From positions 3,364,422 through 3,428,421 of the forward strand of contig NC_092678.1 of NCBI RefSeq assembly GCF_964355755.1: DNA of 64,000 nucleotides, written 5' to 3'. The translations under genes were made by a program, and so were the position numbers. The notes below the pieces were generated by a model that saw only the letters and a program-made list of their open reading frames with translations, was not told the DNA's origin and made no database searches. How positions within the stretch are numbered: the stretch's first letter is position 1; each line of letters begins with the position of its first letter. Below, one piece after another: positions 37,320 through 50,669 of this stretch. The stretch comes from Antedon mediterranea. Lineage: Eukaryota > Animalia > Echinodermata.

Positions 37320-40300
37320 ATGTCACATCAGACAGGAATAACTGGTATTTAATGATTTTACATATCATATTTTCATATGTGTATAATACAAATTGAATAA
37401 AGTTCTGTAAATACGATTTTGATGCTTGTTTGTCTAGGCTACTTTGCTAAGCCACCTGTTTTAAGTTTCCCAAAGGGAGTGGGTACGTTTTATGTGTAAG
37501 CCATGTGACGTAAGGAAGTGATCATTTGTGTATTTTTTTTAATTTTGTTTTAGCTTCTCAAAATCTGAAGGCCTTCTTTGCTTCAGCAAAGGCAGATGAA
37601 AATATCAGAGCCATAAAAGTGAACATTGATGTTGAAAATGGTAAGTTACTAAAGTAATAATAATATATATTCATATTGTAAAACAGTACTAGGCCTAGGC
37701 CTATATTGGTTACATTGTTATACCAACCGTTGGTATAACAATGTAGAAATACCGTGTAGAAATGTGGACAAGTGTAAATGCACGTTGCACAAGAATTTCC
37801 TTGTGCAATTTAAAATTTCTCTAGGATTTGAAATTAGCTTGTAACCCCCACCATTGACAATTTCTATTTTTACAGAATTAATGGAGGTAGCATCAAGCTA
37901 TGAAGTTCATGGAAACTGGGAAGATGATATCCTTCAATCTCATAAACAAACACCTACAATTATTTAATGCAATACAAAATCCAGTTAAAACAAAACAGTT
38001 AGATCTATTATTGTTTTTACCTTTATTACCATACCTTTTTCTTCTATAACATAACGTAAAGCCCATCTCAAAAAGAAGCCCCTCCCATTCCCCACCTTTT
38101 TTGATTTGCAAATATAATTTTGAAAAAGAAGCACATTTCGATAAGAAGCCCACCCAAGAGTCAAAGCCTTGTCTACACTATCAAACTTTATGCGACAAAA
38201 AAGTGAAATGTGCCCAAATATGGTGGACATGATGATGTCATATCACTACCATATTTGGGCATATCACTACCATATTTGGGCACATCACACTCAGTGTAGA
38301 CAGAGCTCAAAAGGTTATCCTCTGCTATGTCATATTTGTTTTTTTTGTGGTTTTGAGATTGTTTTTATTTCATCTGGTATTAATGTTTTGTTCTATTAGC
38401 AATACATATTACAAACAGACAATAAGATACAAGACAATTTGAGTTTCTTTAACAATTTATTACATTATGATAAGGCTGTGCTGCCAATGCTGGTGCAGAA
38501 GGAATCCTGTTATGTTATATATCGACTGGACACCAAGACAGACCTAGGCTTTGAGTGGGTTTTCATTCTGTATGTTCCAGATTTTTGTCAGGTTAGCTAT
38601 CCACATATTTTTAAAGCTAATTAGTTTTTTTATAACACACCTGTATTCTTGGAATTTGATTGGTTAATTACACATCACATGTTGTTTGGTATTAGGTCAA
38701 AACGGTGATATTTAATGATGACAGGTTCCATATTGATGTTTAACTTTTTGTAAATGTTTCCAGAATTGTTCACCTTTGAAAATCAACTTGTTGTGCGGGC
38801 CATCTCTAACTGTCCTACTCCTCAGTTGGAGCAATGCCTTTTTGAATATAGCCTAGCTTCCGTTTTTTCCTTTTTTTTTGGCTAGCTTCCTGGCCTGGCA
38901 TTTTTCAATGATTTACGATGAATAAATTGAAAAAAGGGTGTAAAACAATCATACAAACAATATTTTGTGTTCGTTATATATATTTATTTTATTAGATGAA
39001 AAATTGACTGCTCTATTTTTCAACTCATTCATTATTTGTATATTACTACAACTAGACCATTATTTAACCAGCTATGCTTCTCCATCCATTATTCAGGTTC
39101 GAGACAAAATGTTATACGCAAGCACCAAGTCATCTCTTAAGATAGAATTTGGCTCTGCACAAATCAAGCGGGAGTTGTATGGTACCATACCGGTAAGTAT
39201 GCAGCTTGTTGGTTATTTTGTTAACTAATTTTATGTCATATATAATCCAGATGAGGCCTTGGTTCAAGACAGGCAGCAAACTTGCACTCCTTTTAACATA
39301 TTCAGGGGTGATGTTTGTGTCTTGGTGTGTAGAAGTTAAGTGAATCACACTCCTCCATTTTAAGAGTGTGTTAAGCTCTGTCTACACTATCAAACTTTAT
39401 GAGACAAAAAACGTGATGTTTCCATTATATGATTATGTCATATCACTACCATATTTGGGCACATCACACTTTTTTGTCAAACTAGTTTGATAGTATAGAC
39501 AAAGATTTAGGTGAGTGATTGCACTCTAAAAAAAAATTGGTTGTATATTCAGGATGATGTGTCATTGAATGGTTACCACAAACATTTAGAGGCTGAATCT
39601 GCTCCAGCACCCCTAACAGCGGCTGAGGAAGATCTTCAATTTATGCGGAAAACCGAGAGCTTTCAGAGTATCGGAGTTGACACAAAACATCAGACGATGC
39701 AAGGGGTTAATTTCCCATTATCAAATGATGCAATAAAACAGCTTCAACGGCTGGCCAATCACCAAACATCATATGTGCAGTTGGTAAGCTTACTTAAAAC
39801 AAGGCAATCCAACAACAGGATGTTGAGCTCCGGAGATCAAAGGGTTTATCTGTGGCTGCGCCACGATCAGTTCCACACCCTTAAAATGCACAGCTCGCAG
39901 CGAAGAATATGTGAATAGTACCGTTTCGTTGGTATTTTTCGCAGCCCGACATAAGATCAAAGGGCTGTTACGTGTTCCTATTTTGGCAGGGCGGACTCAG
40001 CATCCTGTTGTTGGATTGCCTTGCTGAAAAAAAAATGGTTGCTAACGATTTTAAAACAGCATATATCATCAGCACAGAATCAATATTCTATTCAATTTGA
40101 ATTGAGTAAGTTATGTTTTATTTTGAACCATTTTGCACACTGCACAAATTCCTTATGTTGTATCTGAAAGATGAGGCAAGAAGAGTACACCATTTTGACC
40201 ACAATCAAGAAGTCTCCTCCAAAAGCAATGAATAGCCTACAAAGTTTCATCTTTTTTATCATTCTTTTTCTATTCAGTCTTTAGATGTTGAAAAAGAAGA

Positions 40301-41239
40301 AATACATTTAAGTGAATACATGGATGACATTGCAGCAAATGAGTTAGCGTCACATGTTCCAGAATCATCACCTCGATATCACCTGTTCCTGTTCAAACAC
40401 ACTCATGAAGGAGATGCCTTAAAATCAATCGGTAAGGGTTTTTTAAAGAGCCTTTCATATCTGCAAATAAAATTGTGGGTCAATGTTTCATTCTCACAAC
40501 GCACCCTACCACCAAATATTTTTACTTGATAGGCGTGTAACGAAAATTTGCTAATGCTGGACGCAAACCTGAACTGGATTAGGTGTGAAAGACCATTAAA
40601 GGTCAAACCTAAGCAAACTACAGTACTATTCTTCACGTTCATGAAAACCAACAGTGCATTCCTTTGTGTGGACAGACTAATGAGCTTGGGTTTTGGCAGA
40701 TATATGATACATGAGTGCGCAATGCAGTAGGCTGCGAATTACTACATATATTTAGCAGGATTTGATGCATATAATTGTGCATTCTGAACATCAGACATTT
40801 TAGGGCAAACTGGAATGTCTGGACTACTTTACAATCTGTTGTAATAATTGGCGTTACTTCTTACAGTGTTTATTTACTCCATGCCTGGTTACAAATGTTC
40901 AGTCAAAGAGAGGATGCTGTACTCAACGTGCAAGTCGCCGTTTCTAAATGGTATCGCAAACGAGTTCAATATAGAAGTTGCAAAAAGTGTAAGTAATTTT
41001 TAAATTGCAATAATTTAATTTGTAAAAGCAGGATCAATAATTGATACAAAACAAGGATTAATAATAATAATAGTATTGCTTTTTTGTTTTTAAAGATTGA
41101 AATTGACGATGCTGCAGAATTAACCGAGGACTTTATCTATCAAGAGGTCCACCCCGTTAGGAACCTACATCGACCAACATTCGCCAAACCAAAGGGTCCC
41201 GCGGGAAAGAGAGGAGCGAAACGACTAATTAAAGAATAG
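37320..41239 (+). CDS. TWF1: Twinfilin (two ADF-H domains), 345 aa; join(37320..37344,37554..37640,37876..37926,38464..38591,39097..39192,39553..39783,40278..40431,40867..40988,41096..41239)
   Basis: MSHQTGI start, [78 protein letters not shown] and the C-terminal [12 protein letters not shown]. The exons sum to 1038 nt in frame. Confidence 0.97.
37927..38463 (+). other. U12-type (minor spliceosome) AT-AC intron, twinfilin intron 3
   Basis: 5' site ATATCCTTC, branch site TTCTTTAAC at 38445-38453, and 3' end TAC 10 nt later. Removing it restores W-E-D-D-Y-D. Confidence 0.92.
38165..38307. mobile_element. Tourist-like MITE family A copy
   Basis: TIR agc(t/c)(c/t)tgtctacact...agtgtagacagagct, with internal gtcatatcactaccatatttggg repeats. 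Confidence 0.8.
39374..39506. mobile_element. Tourist-like MITE family A copy
   Basis: tta|agctctgtctacactatcaaact...agtttgatagtatagacaaagat|tta (TTA TSD). Confidence 0.85.
39800..40023. mobile_element. Short TIR element (CA...TG ends, hAT-like) in twinfilin intron 6
   Basis: caaggcaatccaacaacaggatgttgag / ctcagcatcctgttgttggattgccttg, 28-bp TIRs with one mismatch. Confidence 0.75.
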
Positions 41240-42638
41240 TGTAGTAATCATTTTTCGAATTATACAATTTTATACCAAACTTTGGAGCCTAGAAATAATC
41301 TTTTGATAACATTTTGGTTGATTTGCAGTGTAGTAAATCAAAACAAGTTTCCAGATTACTATTTTCAATAAAAAGTTATATTTTTACATGGAAGAATTGT
41401 GTTCTTTACAATACTGTATGCAATGAATACATGGTGGCAAAATAGTACTCTATGTAGATTTGCTTAACATCTATCAATAGACACACTGCATGATTAAATA
41501 CTGTAATTGTTGTTATTTGGATAACTGTATAGCAAAAACCTTATTTTTACTATTAAAATAAACATTCAAAATGTGTTAAGATGTAGTTGATTAAAAGAAA
41601 AAAAATTACCTAGATGAAGTAGTAAAAGCTATTTTAATAACGTATTGTTAACAAGAAGCCCTCCTGTTTATGCAAATTGTTGAATAGATTATTACTGACA
41701 TATTATGTTACATGAATTTGTACAGGTTAGGGGTTTAAAATGAAAAAAATGTACCAAATAGGCGATATTGGAAAAAATCAGCCAAATTGAAAGTTAATGA
41801 CATTTCTGTATATTTTATCACTGTTTTGAGTTTGAATTTATATAAAATTTAATATATATTTCTTATTAGTTTATTTGAAATTTAATAGCATGAAGAAAAT
41901 AATATTGAATGTTAATTAAGTATTATGTTATAATAAAAAATTACTTTGACCTTTAACCTTTAATGCACAATATTCTTTTGGACGAATAACATTGTCAATT
42001 ATGTTAACATTTTCTAAAAATTAATTCAGGGATCCAATTAGAACTATTTAAAAAATGTGATTTGATTTTTAGACATAAACTGTTGTAAAATCTTAGTACT
42101 TATTAGAATTCATTTTATTACATTTGAACTGCAGAATAAAGCCATTTTAATCTAAATATTTGGTATATAATTTTTTAATTAGAAGTAGAATACCTATAAC
42201 AGTGACTGAATTGAATTTTTCACACATAACTCCTAGAGCTACCTATAAAGAAGCACTTAATATGCAACTAATTTAACCTGAAAATGATGAAATATGCCTT
42301 AAAAAGTATCATTTTAAAAGTGAAATTTTTTAACCGGAAATGATGAAGAGAGTGAAAACGAGAAAGAACGCCAACTTATGTTGATAACAAGTTTGCAGTA
42401 CACCATGTGATCGAAGCCTATTCATCAAAATGTTGAGTAAACTCAACAGTTCTTTTCACAACTACACACATGGTGTACAGCAAACTAATTGAAGTCTACA
42501 CTATCAATCAAATATGGTAGTGATATGACATCATCATGTCCATATATGGGCACATCACATTTTTTTGTCACATAAAGTTTGATAGTGTAGACAGAGCTTA
42601 ATACTAACTTACATATAAAATTAAACAAAAAAGTTCTG

Positions 42639-45600
42639 TCATAAGTTTTCCTGATCATCATTTGATTTGAGTAAATTCTTTTTCTTTAATTCCGTTTCCA
42701 TGTAGTCCAGCATCATCGGTGTCATACTCTTTCTCATTTGACTAGAAAAAAATACATTTTTTACGATAAAAGTACTAAAAGTATTTATAAAACATTTTCT
42801 TTAGATACCATATATACTACAGTATACCCAATAAAGTGTTCCAATATATATAACAAGGCCAACAGCCATTAAGTCGCGTGCTACAATGCATAGTGATACC
42901 GGACCGACAGACAGACCGACAGACAGACAGAGAGACCGACCGACTGACATAGTGAACTATACTGACCGAAATTACTGAACATGTTTAAAAATGTTGAAAT
43001 GTTTAAAAACATTTATTTTTTTAAAATTTACACGTGCGTAGCCTGTCACTTTCGACGTGCTCGTATAACGTAATTTCGAGTTGAAAAGTAAGTCAAGAAA
43101 ACAGAAATCGGGCAAAAAGAGTGCGCAATAACATTTAACGCGCAGTGCGCGCGCAAAAATATGCGCACTCATGGCAATTTTGTAAACGCTTAAAATTGCC
43201 TGAAATGTACTCTTATTTCATCGAAAATAAATTTTGAAAATGTTAAGCGCGCGTACGCATGCGTTACATGCGCTACGCACGTAATTGTATTGCCATATGA
43301 TGATTTATGCCCTGAAATTTATGAGTACCAAATTTTATTTAATTGTGATTCATGGTTGTGAAGATATGATCACAAACGTGATTTTGTTAAATCGTGCGTA
43401 GACCGCGTCATTTTTTATTGCGCACCGTGAAAACATAACCACATTGATTCATGGCCATAAGGAATATACTGTGAAAAATTGACCTAGCTAGATTAAACTG
43501 ATATCAAGATAAGGTCAGAAAGCGATAAAACGCATAGTGATACCGGACCGACAGACAGACAGACAGACAGACAGACCGACCGACCGACATAGTGAACTAT
43601 AGAGTCGCTTCCACGCGACTAATAATATGGGTTGGCCATTTATTACCCACCATTCCTTTCACAGGAAAGTGTCCCCTTTATAGGGGTGCCCGATATTCCC
43701 CAGAGGGTCTCCCATCCAGGCTCTAACCAGGCCCAACGTTGCTTAACTTCGGTGATCTGACAAGAACCGGTGTTTCAACATGGTAAAGCCATATAAAAGG
43801 GAATACATCCTTACTATAGCTCTGTCTACACTATCAAACTTGCCCATATATGGACATGATGATGTCATATCACTACCATATTATTTGGGCACATCACAAA
43901 GCCGTATGTTGTCTCGATACTTACATATCTTGCCAGTGCTCTTTGGCGTATTCAAAACGCTTTCGACGATAACGCTCTAAATTATATTCTCCTTTTAATA
44001 CTTGAAACCCTAACATGAAAACACCTGCAGGAATTCTGTCAAAAAGAATCAAATTTTAAACTTTATTTTCCTTATAACGGCGATGATTTTTTAGGAGTAA
44101 TTTACATTAAACTACTTACTTATAACAGTATCAGAAAGTTTCGATTTGCAACGACTGATGACATAACTAGGTCAGGTCAATCGATGTGTCTTCAGAAGTG
44201 TGTGGGTGTGTGTGTGCACAGTAGATTACCCTTATTATCTATAAACCAAAAACTTACCCAACAAGTGTTCCAGCGAATGCACCACCCACCATACCTTTCA
44301 GACCTAAATTAAATCTATACAGAGCACCCATCGTTGCTGAATAAAAAATAAGAAAAAACAATTAAGACTAAAGAAATTGTAGTATTTTAGAAAAAAATAT
44401 TTTTTGAGTATAAACAGCCAAACAAAATTGATAAACCAGAATAAACTAATATATATACAAAAATCCCCACTATTACTCAACCTACATACAATAGGAAAAT
44501 CAATGGGGCCAGGGGGTGTTCATGGCAATTAAATTTTACCTTATAGTCCATATTTATCGGACTTCGTAAATGTAACTAATTTGGAGAAATTCTCAAGCTG
44601 CAACAAATTACAATACACTAATCACTCAATGTTTTTATTAAATACAAATGATATAATCTAATCACCATGGATCACTTACCACTAGCAACAGCATAGTTGA
44701 GTAAATCATCTTTATTTCTATATATTGCTAGATTTGTTGATAGAATACTGAAAAAAAAAAGATTTATAGATAAAGATTTAAAGATGTATTGTCTCCAGAA
44801 ATCATGAAAAATGAAAATTAATAAAATCAAACTTTGAATAGTTCATTTTGTCAATTTTTTTGCTTTAAATCACTTTTTTTTTCCAGGTAGATAAAATGCT
44901 TAAATTTTTGGTCAAAGTGAATAACTATTATGGAACATTAAAATGGCATATTCAACAAAACATTTTGTTTTCAAATACTTTATATATATTTATTGCAATA
45001 AAGATGATTCTGATTTGATTTAACCAATAATGATGTGCACAAATGAAAATCAATTTATCACAATTAACACCAATGAAAAGTTTTATAATAAAAAAACCAC
45101 TTACTGAAATGCTCCACCTAAAACTGCTGACCGCCATCCCCATCTAAACCCGTAACGTATAAAACCACGGGATCCCGCATTCTGGGCAGACCTCTGTGGA
45201 AGATAAGAAAATTTATAAAATGTATAACTGGATTATTTAAATTTGGTTGATAATTTCCTATTTCTTTCTATACAAGTATGCCATATTATTCCACAACATC
45301 TACTTAAGTTTTAAAAGTTTAAATTTAATAACATTTCAGTTTTTTAACAGCCAACATTACAGAGTACAGTATCTAAAACCTGAAGAATGTTGGGCTAAAG
45401 GCCAATTTACACAGACGAGCAATAACGGTAAGCGCAAATCTATCCTGAGCATAAACTGCCTGTTCACTCCGCGTTGTGTGTAAATGGTCATAAGGAGTAA
45501 CATAGATTCAATATTTTAATTATCGTTACTGCTTGTCTGTGTAAATTGCAATAGACCTGAACTACCCTTACATATCACCATCAAACAGCCACATTTAAAC

Positions 45601-46974
45601 AATCAATCAACATCTTTATTTATTCACGAAATTATAAAATACAAAAGTACAAAATATAAAACTCATTCACCATAAAATAATGGTGTTCTTCCACAAGTTT
45701 GTGATAGGTAATATAATATATACAAATAATACTGTGTATACACATTTATACAAAAACATTAAAAGAAATAATTTATAAAATAATACAGTTTAAATATGTT
45801 TGCAATTTATTTTTTAAATACGTTCAGATATTGTGGCAAATGCACTAGGCGATGCGATTTGGTCTATTTTGAAGATAATCAACACTCATACATTGATGTA
45901 CTAGAGATATATACTAACTGGTATGCAAAGAGATGAACTGGCTGTCACAATGGCAGAGAGGAAATTATGGAGGAATCTAGTCATATAAGGGGTATGTCCT
46001 GGACTAAGTAATTGTTTTAAAAAACCACTCACCACTGCCTGTATTCGATGTTCATATACTTCAGTGTTGGATACTTCTATATAACGACCTCGTGCATGAC
46101 GTGCTGCTGGTAGACCACCATAAATAGCGCCACCTATGAATGCTGTAATCGGCACTATAACCATCTCATACAGTTCCTGCCTCATGCCTTCTTTATCTAT
46201 ACTGTTAATTGTAAGTAAAAATATATTTGTTGAATAGTAAAATACATAAACATTACCAAGGTACTTGTTTGGGTGGGGTCTTATGAATAGCTTAATGATT
46301 GAACCATAGCAAACTAAATTGAACCAGGGTATAACAAGTTACCCCAAATGAAAAATATCCATCCGCTGCAAGCCGGTAAGGAGGTATGAGCATATCTTAT
46401 GCCCAACAATTTTGAATGGTCAATGGTGCATATACTCACCATGGTTCATTGTGAATGGTTAACTGTGGTTCATTGGGTAATTCATTATTGTACTGTTCAT
46501 TCACAGGCATTGTTGTGGTTTTTTGTGGTTCACTGTGGTTCATCGGGAATAGCTGTGGTTGGGGTAATTCATCAGACCGCCGGTGGCTCTAAAGCTCCAT
46601 TTACACTATCAAACTACATGTAGCAAAAAAATGTGATGTGCTCATATAGACATGATGTCATATCACTACCATATTTGAGCATTTCATTGCCATATTTGGG
46701 CACATCACAATTTTTTTGTAAAACTAGTTTGATAGTGTAGACAGGGCTTAGAAGGGAAATAAGGATAGGGGGAGGGGCAGAAAGTATCCTATCATACTGT
46801 TACTGTAAAGTTCTCTCTCTAATCATTGTATACTTACTCAATGGTATAAACACTTTGTAGTCTTTCTAAGCCATTATTTTCCATAGGTATGTTGTATCTT
46901 CTTTCCAACTCTCTTAATTCATCTGATTTTGCTGCAACCTTTGTTGTGGCAACTTGTTTTTTATTTGTTTCCAT
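42639..46974 (-). CDS. TIMMDC1: Complex I assembly factor TIMMDC1, 251 aa; complement(join(42639..42741,43925..44035,44258..44336,44680..44747,45105..45193,46033..46201,46838..46974))
   Basis: NGLERLQ, GAIYGGLPAARHARGRYIE..EVYEHRIQAV, RGFIRYGFRWGWR, LAIYRNKDDL and GALYRFNLGLKGMVGG match TIMMDC1. All introns are GT-AG and the exons give 756 nt in frame. A probable 5' UTR exon donor lies near 47565. Confidence 0.95.
42852..43622 (-). mobile_element. Non-autonomous Helentron-type element (HINE) with (GACA/GACC)n microsatellites
   Basis: Terminal hairpin agtcgc-ttccac-gcgact (43603-43620), matching subterminal agtcgcgtg (42872-42880) and an aacaagg end. Its core resembles 7860-8230. Confidence 0.7.
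43686..43795 (-). pseudogene. 5S rRNA pseudogene (or 5S-derived SINE head) in a TIMMDC1 intron
   Basis: The reverse complement taccatgttgaaacaccggttcttgtcagatcaccgaagttaagcaacgttgggcctggttagagcctggatgggagacc..gggaatatcggg follows metazoan 5S rRNA with several substitutions and degenerate ends. Single copy in the window. Confidence 0.85.
46593..46748. mobile_element. Tourist-like MITE family A copy
   Basis: agctccatttacactatcaaact...agtttgatagtgtagacagggct. Confidence 0.8.
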
Positions 46975-48781
46975 GGTAATTTAAATATTTTCTGCATCAC
47001 CCACTTTTATTGCACTGATCTATCTTTCATCAGCTGAAATTATTTATTATGAAAAAAAAAAATTGTAATTTGAAAAAAAAACCTTTGCAAAATATTTTCC
47101 TAGCCGTACAGCACAGGCAATAGTAGATTTTTGCATGCTTTAAAGTTGATTGAAGAGTTTCTTTGCAGTGACATTTTCATTGACGACATATATGAGCTAG
47201 GATACTAGCTAGCCTAGGCCTACAGGCTACTTTTAGACCTTGGCCTATATGAATATGTATATTCATGGAGGTATATTTGAGTGAGGACCTCCATGATCAG
47301 GCTAAGGGCCTAGGCCCTGCTAATAAGCCAGGGCAGGCCCAGCAGGCTGGCTGGTGGGCATGCAGCAGCCAGCTAGCTCTGTTCTGAGCTAGCTGCTGAC
47401 AACAGACAGAAACTAAGGGAGAGAAGGCCAGCCTTTTTTAGCTTGCTAAGTCTAGCCTCTATTTTTAGAGTATATATGACGTCCTAATTCGTTTAAAATT
47501 AATATAAAATATCAAAGCAATTACAAAATAAATGAAAAAACTAGGCCTAGGCCTAGCCTGCTTACCACTGGCAGAGAAAGTACGTCTCGCCGTGTGCCAA
47601 CATCGTAACGGTACTCTAGCCCAACCTCTAGCCTAGGCCTACTCTGTTTTCCCACCACATGTCTTGAAAACAGTATAGAGGGCGCTATATGAGTATGATT
47701 AAATATCAATATTCAATTTTATATGTTTTTACCCGGTTTTTAAATTCATTTTAGTCATATTTAATTACTTTACAATAACAAGTAAACAAAATAGGCCTAC
47801 TATAATACTTTAGTACTATATTTATTATTTACACTCAATGAATGCAGAAAAAACGGCGGAATATATCAAATAAAAACTTAACAAAGGTATAATATTAGTT
47901 CATATGGTTACAATATTAGTAAAACTACTAAAGTATTACCATTTTACACGGATATTGCGCATAAAAACGTACTAATTTTAAAGAAATGATAGGGAAAGAG
48001 TACCAACATTCTATTGTCAGTCAGGTTCCGATATTATTGTACTTTGAAAACGGTATATATCGTTACCCTCATAACAAAAAAAAGACAAAAAAACTCATAA
48101 ATTCTTTAAAAACAAATATTTATTCATTATTTTTTCTATAAATATATATCAATAGAAGCTAAATGTAATGTAGGTAAAAAGACGCAATATAATTATTGCG
48201 CAACGTAATAAAATGACTTAGGCAAAAATATTTTGAATATAGTGTGACTTAGGCAGTTTTACAAATGAAAATTGAAAAAAAGTCAGACAAAAAACGATCT
48301 GAGCATGTGCAAATGTATAAAGCACACAGATAATGTAAAATTTTAGAACAACGACATTGATATAATTTCTTATGCATAGCCTACAATAGGTCACTTATAT
48401 GTCACTTATTTACCTGTCTAATCAAGCATAAAGGTATTGATTTAATAGATCAATGAGTTCAAATTTCACATTTCACTGCATCTTGTTCATTCCAGTGCTG
48501 CTATTGCAAATAAGTTGAGAATTCTAGTGAATTCCTTTTAAAATTAAAGAATTGGGTACAGGGCAACTATCACACGGCCGTTATATAACTCCTAAAAAGG
48601 TAAGAAATATGAAACATTTACGTAACATGAGGTACGTCTACCCGTTATGCGTTTTGTTTATCATAAACTCTATTTATACAAACCGTTATGCATAGTTTTA
48701 CATGCATTACATGCCAATACGTTGATTCGATTTTTCCAGAGGGCGGAAGACACAAAAAAACGTTGTTCAGAACTGTCTTCA

Positions 48782-48916
48782 AGCTCTGTCTACAAAAGCA
48801 AACTGTATGTGACAAGAAGATGTGCTGTGCCCATATGGACATGATAATGTCATACCACTACCATATTTGGGCACATCACGCATTTTTTTGTCAAACTAGT
48901 TAGTGTAGACAGAGCT
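48782..48916. mobile_element. Tourist-like MITE family A copy
   Basis: agctctgtctaca...tagtgtagacagagct|tta. Confidence 0.8.
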
Positions 48917-49040
48917 TTATACAGAGAGAGCATAATGTATATTCATCATTCCATTCACAAATCAAATGTAACCAAAATAATGAATGAATATTAAATTTAT
49001 ATGTATTTTAAAATTTTATATTATTTTTTTTTATATAGAT

Positions 49041-49511
49041 ATGAAGATATCCAATGCCCATCTTCAACCATTATCTACCACCATACGTTTTATCGCATAC
49101 GGAGTTCATGGCTTTCTTGACGAAATCGTTTTTACAGCATTATGGCAACTAGTGTTTGAATCATTTGACCCTCGTTTAATTGGCTACACATCGTTGTATT
49201 CATTCATAATTTACGGAACAGGTAGTTTTATAATTGAACGTATATATCTTCGCCTACAAGAAAAAGACGTTGCGTGCATTGTACGGGTGTTTATATACAC
49301 ACTGATAGCATACGCTGTGGAATTAAGCTCCGGTTTAGTTTTAAGACAATTTGATGCATGTCCATGGGATTATAGTGACCGGTCAATGAACTTTATGGGA
49401 CTTATAACGCTGACATATGCCCCTGGATGGGCGCTTCTGGGCTACTGGCAAGAAGTATTTTCTGGATTTTTATTAAGTTTACGACAACCTGTGAAGATGA
49501 AGCAGAAATGA
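49041..49511 (+). CDS. TMEM229A: TMEM229-family membrane protein (TMEM229A-like), 156 aa, single coding exon
   Basis: RFIAYGVHGFLDEIVFTA, GYTSLYSFIIYG, ACPWDYS and NFMGLITLTYAPGW. The acceptor ttttatatag lies at 49038, just before the ATG at 49041; a likely UTR exon donor is at ~48600. Confidence 0.88.
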   Translation: MKISNAHLQPLSTTIRFIAYGVHGFLDEIVFTALWQLVFESFDPRLIGYTSLYSFIIYGTGSFIIERIYLRLQEKDVACIVRVFIYTLIAYAVELSSGLVLRQFDACPWDYSDRSMNFMGLITLTYAPGWALLGYWQEVFSGFLLSLRQPVKMKQK

Positions 49512-50387
49512 TGAAGTTTAAAATTCACTATCATAAAGAAATGTCATTCTAACATATTCAAATTTATTAGAAAGCAATAAATATTATTAAATAATATTTT
49601 TAAAATGCATTGTTGTTGTTTATCAAAGAACCATGTCCATGTTCTACTGCAGTTACTGCAGTAATCTCATGATGTTTCTGAAATAAAATGATTTTATTTT
49701 GTTTCAATGTAAAAGTTTATGAGGCAGTCACTGCATTAAACATAAAAATCTAGTTACTGCAGAAACTGCAGTAGATTATTGACATGGTCTCTAAGGTAGT
49801 TAAATAATATATAAAAGGAATGCAATATTTTAAACCTACAACTAAATATACATTTAAACATTGACAATAAGTATACTGTTTCAATTAAATATTTCAATTG
49901 ATAATACCTGAATAACAAAACTGAAAACCTAAAATACATTTAACTACACTACTATGCTATCAGTACATCTTAACTTAACTTAACCATTCAGAACCTATGT
50001 TGCAATTACACACACTTTGTTTATAAAAATACATAATTAATTGCTCTATATACCTAACACATCATTATTTTACCTACTTTTGTTTACAATTTATGGAATA
50101 TTACATAGTTTTTGCTGCATAAATTATGTTTTTCATTAAATAAATTAACACATTGCATACTACACTAATCTGCATATAAGTACAACAGCCACTTAGTTAA
50201 AAATAAAATAGATTCTTTCCCAACCAAATACCAAATTATTTTCTGCTATTACCTATAAACAATTAATTAATATAAAACGATTAAATATATTAGCACTCTA
50301 CAATATACTAAACTGTGTAAATATATTTGGCAAGGAAATTTATGCCTCCTTTATTATATGTTAAAAATTAAAATATCTGTGTTACGG

Positions 50388-50668
50388 CAAATCCCTTTAC
50401 AACATGAAGGGGAAATCCCATTACGGTACCTCATTAAGCAGAAATCCCATTATACCTCATTAACCAGAAATCCCATTACAAAATGAAGGAGAAATCCCAT
50501 TACAAAATAAAGGGGAAATCCAATTACAACATGAAGGGGGATGTCCAAATAGATTATAAAGGGATACAACATGGATGAGGGAAAAACCCATTACAACATC
50601 AAAGAGAAACCTATTGTATCGCTAAAGTAAACCCCATTATATCATCATTGAAAAAGGGAAACCCCCTC
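50388..50668. repeat. Degenerate ~25-bp tandem repeat in the dehydrogenase 3' UTR
   Basis: Recurring aaatcccattacaa(c/a)atgaagg(g/a)g-like units. Confidence 0.7.
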
Positions 50669-50669
50669 A

